Below, in pieces: positions 41,301 through 53,300 of a DNA stretch of 64,000 bases. Position 1 is the stretch's first letter. The number at the start of each line of letters is the position of its first letter. The notes below the pieces were generated by a model. It made no database searches. It saw only the letters and a list, made by a program, of their open reading frames with translations, and had not been told where the DNA came from. Both the position numbers and the translations under genes were made by a program. This DNA is from Callorhinchus milii (Eukaryota). The stretch lies in NCBI RefSeq assembly GCF_018977255.1, contig NW_024704743.1:76882001-76946000 (forward strand). Reading direction: 5' to 3'.

Positions 41301-44300
41301 AAAATTTACTGTAAAGTTTAGTTACTGTATTTTGTAAGCAAATATGGGAGCCAATGAGTACAGCAATGCCCAATAAACAGCCATGAAATAAATGACGATA
41401 TTATCTGGGGGATTGTTGGCCAAGACACCAGGAGAAACTCCCTTCTCTTTGACCAATGCCAGGGGATCTTTAATTTCAATCTGAATAGGCAGACAAGACC
41501 TTGATTTAATAACTCATCCGAAGGAAGGAATCTCTTTAGAACAAGCCCAGTACTGATTATTTCATAGTTAAAGACACATTGGTGTTCTGTTCAATAGAGG
41601 CACAATGTATTATTAGATCTGACCATTTGAACATTTGACAAGGTTTAGAAAGCAGAAATAACTTGTATTTTTACAGTGGCTAATTCTCTATCAAGTATAA
41701 TGATTGTTTAAATTCAGTGTCCATTTTTATGAGCAAACTCCCACAAACAGGATGGTAGGTAGGCCAAGGTACCAGGAGAAATATCCTTTTATTTTTCAAG
41801 TTTTATTATGGGATTTTAACATACACTTGAAAACAAGCTGGCAGTCCCTCGGTTTATTCACCCAGCTAAAAGACAGCACTTCCAACTACGCTGCAGTTTT
41901 CCAGTACTATACTGGAGCTTAACTCATGACGTGAGACTTTAATCTACACCCTTCTGACTCAGAGGAGAGAATGCTACTAACTGAGCCAAATGCACAACTA
42001 TTTACAATAAGAATACAGATCCAAACTATCAGATTGGAAACCATAATGCATTTCAGTTCATAAATATACTACTTAATGCTACAATCAAAACTCAACTACA
42101 GTAGAACCCAGTTATAAGGTACCGCTAATGACGCTAGTTTGCTTCAAGGAAAATGCTCTGTGGATCTTGAACCCACATCCGGAAGAGTTGACCAGCCTTC
42201 ACACCCAGTTACAAGGATGGTTGATATTTTATAACAGAATTCTACTGTACTTTTTACAAAATCTTATTGCACAAGAAGCAGTTAAAGGCAACTGGAACTC
42301 CTGATGAAATTGGCTGTAATGGCTACTGAGACAACAGCAAGACCTGAAGAAATTAAACCGGTGCACCAACAGCCAAGTCAAAATTCCCCACAACATAATC
42401 AATGTTGGCCTTGGCTTGAAACCAGATCAGGGTCACTTTGCGGTTCAAATGCAAACAGTGGAAAATATTGGCAAAACTTACATTTTTTTAAAAAGATAAG
42501 TCTATACAAAAATGCGACATATTATTATAAATATATATTTAAAGATATCATGCGAAGAGTTTCATAAAGGACATGAGACATTATAATGGACTTTTCAGAG
42601 AATATACAGCAGCTTAATTAGATGCAAAACTGTGGCAACTGCAAATAAGTCCAAATAGGTGACCAGTATCAAAGGAGGCAGCTTTATTTGGAGCATTTGG
42701 GACAATATGCAGCCATTACGTTGAGTTCCATTTGGTATGAATGAACCGAAGAATATTTTACTCCTCTGAATCTGCAGATGTAATAGATAGGATAATGCAG
42801 CTATATCCAGCACAAATGAAAGATCAAAGCTGGGACCTTTTCAAGACTGTATAGCTCTGTCTCACAGAAATATTTCTCTGAGTCATCAGGAAAGCTCATC
42901 CATACAATTTTAATTGTACTGTACAACAACATACCATGCATTGACAGTTGCGATACTTTTGTATCTAATCTGCTCTCACCAAATCTTAAAAAAAAGCTAC
43001 TCAACTCTTACTCCTCCTAGAAGACAGTCATTAAATCCTGTAATTTGAAAGTAAAAATATAATGATTTAAAGTTACATTTGTCTCTCAGACCTAGTTACA
43101 CTGGGATCAAAGCAATTTTCAAAATGCATGTTATAATTGCAAATAACATCAGGTCTTCACGTTATCTTCGAGCACCTTACCCTCTCCATCCCTCCAATCT
43201 TTACTTCAAAATTCTCCTGATTTATCACCTCTCCCCCCCAACCCTCCCCCGCCTTCCTCTCTGACATCTCCGCCCTCCTAGCTTCCCTTTGCCTGTTCTG
43301 AACGCCTCCTCATCCTAGGTGACTTCAACCTGCACTTCACCCCTTCTTGCTCCTCTCCTCTCACAACCTATCCCTCCACGTTTTTGACCACACACTTGAC
43401 CTGGTGATTACCTCAGTGTCTCAGACCTCACAATCACTGATAAAGCCAACTCAGATCCCCATTTCATCTTCCTTAACTTCTCAATCCCTCTGCCCTGGAA
43501 AAGAATCTCCCAGCACTCCCTCTCCGCCGCCCTGGAGTCATCTGAACTCCTCCCTTCTGGCCTACCTCCCGCACCGACTTATCCTCCTCTGTCACTCTCC
43601 TCCACAACTCCATTGCCACCATTCTCGATGCCCTTGCCCCCCCTCTGACCTCCTGAAACACCTCCTACTCGAACTCACCCTGGTACACTAGCCACCTCCG
43701 CTCACTCAAGGGGCAGGTGCATGCCACCGAATGCACCTGGCTCAAATCTGATTAACGGTCCAATGACAGATCTGGCTGGACCACATCAAAACTTACCTCT
43801 CCTCTTTCGCCTCCACTAAATCATCCTTCTATTCCAAGATAATCTTGGAGCCCAAGGACAACCCTCTTCTCCACTACCAGCCAGCTCCTCTATCCACCCT
43901 CTCACGCCTCGCCCATCCTCTCCTCCAACTCCAACTGTGAGGAGATGCTGGACTTCGAGATCAAAATTGAGGGGATCCGTTCAGCCACCTCCGCCCTCCC
44001 AACCGCCACCCCCTCCCTATCCCTCCCTCATACTTCAGCCTCTACCTATTCCTCTCTCCACACCTTCAAACCTCTCTACCCCTCCTTTTACCACTACTAT
44101 AACCTGCCTGAAGCTCATTATTTGCTCCCTCAGCCCCATCCACCTCCTCACCACTTTACTCTCAGGCTTCTTCAACCTCTCACTGTTAACTGGCATCAAT
44201 CCCATCTCCCTAAAAACAACTGTTATCACCCCATCCTAAATAAACCTTCCCTGGACCCATCCCTGCTCATAAACTACCGCCCCATCTCCAACCTCCCTTT

Positions 44301-47300
44301 CCTTTCCAAGGTCCTTAAAAGAGTTGTTGCGTCCCAGCTTCACTCCTTCCTCTCCTGCCAATTCCTTTACAAACTCCTCCAATCGGGTTTCTGTGCTGTC
44401 CAACTGTGACCAGGGCTCCCTCTGCTTCCTCGTTCTCCTCGACCTCTCTGCTGCCTTCGACACTGTGGACCACTCTATCCTCCACCACTACCTCTCCTCT
44501 CACCTTAACTTTCAAGGTTCTGTCCTTGAATGATTCAGATCCTACCTTTCTCACCGGCTCTACTTTGTCTCCACAAACAGCTTCTTCACCAGCCCTCACA
44601 CCATTTTAATAGTAATAATCCTTGCATTTGATATAGCGCTTTTCACGTCTTCTAGACGTCCCAAAGTGCTTCACAGAATATACTGTAAAGTGAATTGACT
44701 GCATATTTGTGGGCGAACGCGGCAGCCAATTGCACACAGCAATGTCCCACAAACAGTCATAGATTGAAAATGACCAATTTATTATTGTTTTGTTTTTTTG
44801 GAGGGATTATTATTGGGCGTGTGCAGTGTTCCTCAGGGCTCTGTCCTTGGTCCCATCCTCTTCAATATATATATGCTCCCTCTTAGTGACATCATCCGCA
44901 GACATAGGGTCAACTTCCGCATGTATGCAGATAACATCCAACTTTATCTCTCTGCCTCCACCCTCAACTCCAGGACTTCTAATATCCTGACAGACTGCCT
45001 GTCAGACATCAAGTCCTGGATGACTTGATGCCAACTTTCTACAATTGAACGTCAGCAAGAGCGAGACTCTCCTGATTAGCTTGCGCTAGCACTTCCATAC
45101 CTCAGGCACTGACAGCATCAGCATCCATGGATGCATACTCCATGTCACCAAGCCAGTCAGGAACCTTGGTGTCTTGTTCGACCCTCAACTGTCCTTTCTC
45201 ACCAGATCCATGCCATGACCCGCTCTGCCTTTCCCTTCCTCCGCAACATTGCCCGACTCCGCCACTGCCTCACCCTTCTGGCCGTGGAAACCCTCATGCA
45301 TGCATTCATTACATCTAGGCTAGACTATGCCAACTCCCTGCTTGCGGTCTTCCCAGCTCTTCCCTCCACAAGCTGCAGATCATCCACGGCCTTGCCCCCT
45401 CCTACCTCTCCGACCTGCTAACCCCTTATCAACCTATCCACTCCCTCCGCTCAGCACGCTCCAGCCTGCTCCATGTCCCCCACCCAGCCCCCCCCACCAT
45501 CGGCGGTTGGCCTTCAACCTCTCTGCCCCCACCCTCTGGAACTCCATCCCACATTCCTTTTGCCTCCTTCAGGGCACGCCTCAATACCCTCTTCTTTGAC
45601 CGTGTCTTCGTCTACCCTCTCCGCTCTCCACCCTTCCTGATCCCAACCCCCACTTTGGTTTAAGAGTAGAGAAGCAAAGAGATCTAGGGATTCAGATCCA
45701 CAAGTCTCTAAAAAGGCCAATGGCTTTATATCCAGAGGGATAGAATATAAAGTGAAAAGGTAATGTTGAATTTTAACAAAACCTTGATTAGACCTGTGTC
45801 CAATTCTGGTCTCAACACTACAGGATGAATATAGCAGTGATAGACGAAGTAGGCTTACGAGGATGATTCCAGGGCTTGAACTTTGTAAGTTCTTTGTAAT
45901 TGAGTAGAAAGTGAAACTTATACTATGTAGAATTACACTCCACTATAAAGCCACCCTTCTGTGTATTTTAATAGTATTTAATGATTTAACTGAAAATATT
46001 GCTAGATATTTAAATTAAGGCACTAATACATATTATCTTATTAGATAGACATTCAAATCTAAAATATAATATGTAACGTAAAATATGTGAATAGTAGACA
46101 GTCAGCCATAAAATTACAACAACAATAAATTACATTTGTGTAGCACCTTTCACATCAGGAGGACGTCCCATTGTGCTGGGCAGTTAGGGATCCGCACCCC
46201 AAACTGGCGGTTGGGATCAGGAGGGGTGGAGGGTAGGGAGGGACCAAAAGCATGATCAAAGAGGTAGGTCTTGAGTCGGGTCTTGAAGGAGGCAAGGCAG
46301 GGGGCGAGGCGGAGGGACTGTGGGATGGAGTTCCAGAGGGTGGCTGCAGAGAGGCTTAAGGGCCTGCCCGTCAATGATGGGTCAGGCAAGGCGGGGAATG
46401 TGAAGCAGCCCGGAGCCCGCTGAGCGAAGGAAGTTAGGAGGTCACAGAGGTAAGTGGGAGAAAGGCCGTGAAGAGCTTTGAAGGTGAGGACCAGGATCTT
46501 GAACTGTATTCTCCATGTGATGGGGAATCAGTGGGGCTGGGTGAGGATGGGGGTGATAGGGTCGCGGAACCTGGTGCAGGAAAGGTCACGGGCCGCAGAG
46601 TTCTGGATGATCAACAGTCTGCACAGATAAACTCAATCCTCATTTCAAAATTTTACATATTGCTCCCTCAATTCAAAGTTGTTTTCAGGTTTCTTTTTAT
46701 GGAGTATCTCAGATAGGGAAAGTATTAACTCAAGTATATTCCTACATGCATCTGAGGCACTATATGTGTAATTCTTCCCAAACCTGAGAACAAACTTCCA
46801 TTCAGCATTCAAGTTATTGTTACAATTTGTATTTTCTACCTTATAAAGAAAACTCATCATTTATATTTTTGCTAAATAGGAAAGTTCTGGATAACGAGGT
46901 TAAAAACACTTGTGTTAGTTACTATTTCCTTCCCTTACAAACTTGTTTTTTCAACTTTTGCTAGCTTAAATGCCAATAAGAGGAATATCTTCTAGGGCGT
47001 GTTATGTTCTGAAGAGTTTTTGGTGAGTCTCAGTTCATGGAGGATCCTACTCTGAAACTATATTGACTGCTGAGAAAGCTTGTTAAGAGTCGCATTTAGC
47101 TGTTAATTCTGTTGCCTCCGGGTCAGATGTTGTGGATTCAAGCTGCCATATTGGAATTTGAATTTATATTCCAAAATGACACTTCAGTACAGCACTGGGG
47201 ATTTCAACTTCATGATCCTCACACTCGTGTTCAAATCCCTTCACTCCCTGGCACCTCCCTACATCTCTGACCTCCTCACTCCCCCATCCTAACCCACTAC

Positions 47301-50300
47301 CAACCACCCCGCCCCCTCCTAAACCCCCTCCCAACAGATCCCGCCCTCTCCTGACCCCCTCCCAAACCCCCGCACTCTCTCCTAACCCCCTACCAAACCA
47401 CCCGCCCCCTCCTGAACCCCAAACAACACCCCTGCGCCCTGCTAACCCTCTACCAACCACCCGCCCCCTACTAAGCCCCTCCCAACAACCCCCGCCCCCT
47501 CCTTCGTAACCCACTACCAACCGCCCCCCCGCCCCACCCCCTCTAAACCCGCTCCCTCCTAAACCCCTACCAACCCCCCACCCCACCCTAACCCACTACC
47601 AACACCGACCCCGCCCACTCGTAACCCACTACCACCAACCCCGCCCCCTCCTAAACCCCTACCAACACTCCCGCCCCCTCCTAACCCCCTGCCAACCCCC
47701 CCGTCCCCTCCTGACCCCCTACCGACCCCCCCGGCTATTTCTTGTTCTGCAGCTGTACAGAATTAACTTCTGACAAGCAGATTTTACATGGATTTCTTAT
47801 ATAATGTTCAGTACATCCAAATCTGATGAGTGAGATTGTACATCTCTGTTTAGAATCGCAAACATGACATCCTTTTTTTATATAGGGTAATTCTTTTCCA
47901 TTATCTAAATTATGAATCAATGGCTCCCTAATACTATGGATCCTTACAAAAACTCAGCTGGTCTATTCAGTGACAGCTGAGTCTAATAGTTAACCCTGGA
48001 TCATCCTCAGATTTAATTTTCAATTTGTTAGTCAATATGACTTGGAATAGCACGAAAATTGCTACAATTGGTTAGCAAATTGTGGTAAATGCTACTCTTG
48101 AGATCACTATCCAGCAAACCCTTCTGGGGGTCCATGTTTTGGGATGTTGGGAAAGGCTTTCGAAAATCAAGTGGTCAAATAGGCTGCCAACATTCAGTGA
48201 CAAGGTTCCCATATGTAGAATGGCCATGTGGACAAGTTACTGCCAGCTAATAAGTGCCTGTCAAATGGTACCCTAATAGAAAGGAAAAGGAAAAGAAAAC
48301 TAGAAGAGAAAATTGGCAAGAAAAAAAATATACAATTGGTTGGCAACGTGCCTGCAACTTTGTACTGCCAAACATTTAATAGAGAACTTTTTACCAGCGC
48401 CTTGGAACGTCCTCCCAACATGAAAGGCACTATGCAAATGTAATTTTGTTGTTGTGGTTGTATTGAATAAATAAAAAGAAACAATAGTAAACATGTTTGA
48501 ATCAGGTAGTTCAAATTATTAGAGATACTTGATGTATTCCTTATGTACAATTAGTCAGTATTATTTCCCACAAAGAGTCCTTTATCTCCTGTACTTCTGT
48601 AATATCGAACATCACTTTGCAACTCCTCTCCTCTATAAGATCTACTTCAATGCTAATCCTGATAAACAGCCAAGAACTCTTGATAACTTAAAACCGTGAG
48701 GTAATAAGGTTGTTTTGTTTACTTGAGGTTTGAAAACAGATGTCAATGAAGCAGAAACATTTCTAGCACATTACCAACCTCTGGATAAAGATTGAACCGT
48801 TTCAGGGTATTGATAACCAGAGGATATTCAGTCAGCCGATCATTCATTATCTTGCGTAAGCCTTCAGTGAATGAAGGTGCCTCAATGATAATCTTAAAGA
48901 AAGAGTAATACAAGCCCTAAAAACAAAACATTTATTTTGATTAGAAATATTATATCACAAATGCAGGGAAATAAGAACCTATTAAACAGGCAAACTTAGA
49001 GGTTTTAAAATCAATCATTAAATAGTGATGAATTTTTCAGGTGACTTAAGTAAAAAGCTTACTTTGATCCTCTCAACTAGCTTATCTATACACAAAAAAT
49101 CTACAATGGCCTTTTCTCAAGCTTGATTTGCCTTTGCAACCCAACTATATTTTTGACAATACGTGACTGCCCTCCCAATTAGCTTTACATTTTTTCTTTC
49201 CTACAGAAGCTCAATAACTTTTGTTAACATTTTGTTAAAATGTTGTTTCTTTCAAGATGAAACATTTCCAGTTTTTTTCATATTAGCTGTCCAGACTTTT
49301 GCAAAGCAGAGCTCATAAAGACATCCTGTACATAATCTTTCACAATGTTATCATATAAATCTATCTGGGCTCCATTTTATCACCCTATATAATTTCTGCA
49401 AAGCAGATCTATTCATTAGCCTGTTTGCTGGTTCCACACATCATGCCAAATCCATCTGGTCATTATCAGCCATATGGAGTATATTATTCTCCATCTATTC
49501 AGAGATTCTTCATAAAAGACTTAGTTGGATGTAGGGTGTTAAGGAACAAGTTGCAGCTCAGGGTTAGAAGAATGGAGGTCAAAGGCAGGAAAATAGGATT
49601 GGAGGAGATTGTGAAGAATGGAAGGAGCAAGATTGTGAAAGGATTTGATGGTCTGAATGCTGCAGATTGCTGGAGTGTAATACAGAATCACAGATTAGTG
49701 TTTGTCAAGACTTTTAGCTGGATATGATTAAATTGTAGCTAAAGCTTTCAATAATCTACTTTTTTAAATTATAACTCCATGGCACAATTCAATTGTGATC
49801 ATCCATTCAAATCATAACAGTATTAATTTCTTGAAAAAAGCAGCAACACAGAAATTCATTCAGACATAATATACAGAAAAATTACAATAAATGAAAAACT
49901 GTCAACTAAAACTGTATAGTTTTCGTGAATTCACACACTGTTTACAGATCCACAATACCTCACCTCTAGCTTAGCATCCCATCCACGTTATTTACTTCAT
50001 ATGCCACAATTGGTTAAATAATAATGCTTCAAAGCACTATGTAAAGTGAATGGACTGTATATTTTTGTGAGCATTATTTTAATAAAGCTGAAATCGAATA
50101 CAAACAAAAGTCTTACCATTTCAGTGCGAAAAGCCATTTCTCTTTCCAGTGTTGAGAGGTGAGAGAAATGTCGATCGTTTTCAAAAAGACTAGATATATG
50201 GTACCTAATATAAATTAGAATTAAATTAAAATCACTATTACTAAATTAAAAGAACAAGCTTTTTAAATGATCATTTATTTTACAATAAAAAGGTTTATAA

Positions 50301-53300
50301 AATGGTTGCTATTGATTACAGACAAATAAAGAAACTCTGCCACTGCTAATGGCCCAAAAGAAAAAAATAGCATTATCATTTAAATGTTCTGTAAAATGAT
50401 GTGCCAATGCCTAAAATCACCTTCCACATTTTCCACTGATAGCAAAGCAAAGATAAGGTCTGTCACACAGCAGGCAATTTTGAGCACAATACTAGGAACA
50501 TAGGAACATGGGAACAGGAGTAGGCCAATCAGCCCGTCGAGCCTGATCCGCCATTTAATTAGATCATGGCTGATCTATATCTTTACTAGAATTTCAAATC
50601 CAATTTCCCGCTTTCTCCCTGTATCCCTTAATATCCCGACCTACCAAAAATCTCTCAATCTCTTTCTTGAAGGTGTGGATGGATCCAACATAGGGGAGAG
50701 AGTTCCAGATTTCTACCACCCTTTTGAGTGAAAAAATGCTTCCTAATTTCACTCTTAAATGGTCTGATTCTAATTTTAAGACTATGCCCCCTTGTTTTGC
50801 ATTCCCCCAACATAGGAAATAGCTTTTCTGCATCTACCCTATCAAATCCCTTTATCATCCACCTGAATACAGTCGAGACCTAGGTTTTAACTGAGGTCTT
50901 GACTGAAGGATGGCACCTTCGACTCTGTAACAACCCTCCAGAACTGCATTGGAGTGTGAACTTAGACAATTGAGGTCAAGTACCAATGTGGTACTTTATT
51001 CAATACCTTGATATTTTCCACAACCAGGTTCAGCTAGAATTTGTTATTAAAAAATCCATTATTAGTTATTAACATTTCAATATGCACATTACAATGTGCA
51101 CATTCTCCTGTTAGGCATCAAGCCATGCCGCTGTTAAGCACTGCAAGATGTTACCCGCATGAAGTGTGCTACATAAATGCAAATTGTTTTATACATGTTC
51201 TGATAGTATTCTTTTTTTCAAAATATCAAAACCTATTTGGCTGCCAATTGTCTCTATGGACACAGTTTACATTACAGCAGCTTACTTGTAATGGATTGAA
51301 ACAGTTTGTCACTTGGCCATCTTACAAAACTAAATCCTTCAAGTCTGCAAAATCTCAAGTGAAATAAACAATGTTCACAATAAACTAATTATTGAACACG
51401 CAAATTTATGGCAGAATAAGTTGAACTGACTTCAAATGTTGCCTTGGATACCACAAATCACTTGGCAACAATGTGCAGGGCAGTAACAAGAGATGATGGC
51501 TGGTGGCCTAAACTCACTATTCGTTAATAAGTCAATAAAAGTTTGCTTCCAGCAAGTGCACAGGTATTCTGTCTGATGGCATCAGAGGGGCTTGCCACTG
51601 AGAGGAAAGGGGAGCCATTATGGTCTCATCTCCTTTGCCATACTGGTGGAAGGCTTAGAAAAGTTAATGCCATTAACTACCCTTAGTTGAATAGGACTAT
51701 ACGGAAATAAAGTAAAAATTTTTAAAAAATCAAAAAAGGAAGAGAAAATGTTATTTAAAAAAACAAATAAACGTAACAATAAAAACTTTTCTTGGTCCAT
51801 TTTAACTACATCATTTATCAGTCATTTATGGTTTAGTCAAACAAATACAAAAACCTCAGAATTTAACAGCCTATTCCTAAACACTGGAGCATATTCAGAC
51901 TTGAATTTGAACTGGAAGCCTGTCACCTGAAGTAACATTCACTCAGTTTGATATGTTATTGTTAATAGTATTTCAAAACAGATTGCAGTTTATCCTTCTG
52001 TTGACCATAGTAAGTTTCACTCCGAATAAATCCTCACGAATGCTTGCAAACCTGTAACTGTTGAATGCAACATGAAAGATATAATATGATTATCCTAAAT
52101 TGGATAATTTAAATCAAATTTACTTGCGGAATGAGTGGGATGTTTCAGTGTAATGCAGATAGCACTAAGTGAGGTAGTACTAGCTATATCACGATCCATT
52201 TCCACATTAGGCTTAGCAAAATACCAATCTCTAGCCTTGTAAACTACCTGTTTGATGTGATTAAGCTCCCCTTTGTCACTCAGACAAACATATGCACATT
52301 TAGAAAACAGGGAAGCAGTTAATACTTACCAGTGTAAAATTCCTACTACGAAAGCTGAAAAAGAAGCAGGATAAATAAAATAGTTTAAAACTCAACATTT
52401 AAGTTCTTTAAATTCTTTAATTTAGCAACATGTTTTCATCTTCTAGTGCTCAATATTTAAAAATTACATCATACCATTTATCTTTCTTTGTTACCCTAGA
52501 TCTAACCTTAAAGACCAATCCTGTAAGCGGAATCTATTCACATTTGTTGGGGGTCAGTTGCAATACAACATATATAATATCTATGTACCTCATTACAAAA
52601 AGGACATTGGAGCCAAGGAAAGGGTGTAATATAAGTTTGCACAGATGAAATCTTATATAGTTATGTGGCTATGATAAGAAAAAAGGGTCCATTCTTACTA
52701 GAACAAAAATATTTAAGGGCATCTAACCAAAGTCTTCAAATTCTGAAAGATTTTCAGAAAATAGATAGCAAAACATTTAAAAGGCAATGGATACACACTT
52801 GAATTGGAATAATGTTATTATAAGGCTACAGGGAAAGAGCAAGGAATTGGGATTAGAGTAATTAGTTAAGAGTGGATGAGCAGACTTTAATAGGTTTGAT
52901 GAGTTGCTGTAATTTCTATGCTGTTACATGACTACATTTCTCATACACGAGTACTATAACAACCAGCGTGTCAAAGTTCATGCTAGGCAGAACTATAAAG
53001 ATCTCTAAACCCCCATTTACACTACAGTGAGCTGGATATCAACACTTAATTACACATTTGCCAACAAAATCCTTCTCTTGTGAATGCTCCCCCATCTTCT
53101 TCATACCACTTGCCCTATCCCTTGTGCATGAGGTCCATTCCTCTCTCGTGCATGCACGCGTAACCCATTCATATCTGTCAAGTTTCATTCATTCATTCAT
53201 TCATTCATTAGGTTGAGCATTTAAAACCCATATCAGGACTTTGACCTTAAAGTCTAGGCTGTCACTCCACTGTCGCATTGCCAAATGTGCCAGATGAGAC

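Noticed and set aside
47164..47586. 140-aa Gly-rich ORF
   Set aside because: Translation of the G-rich minisatellite.
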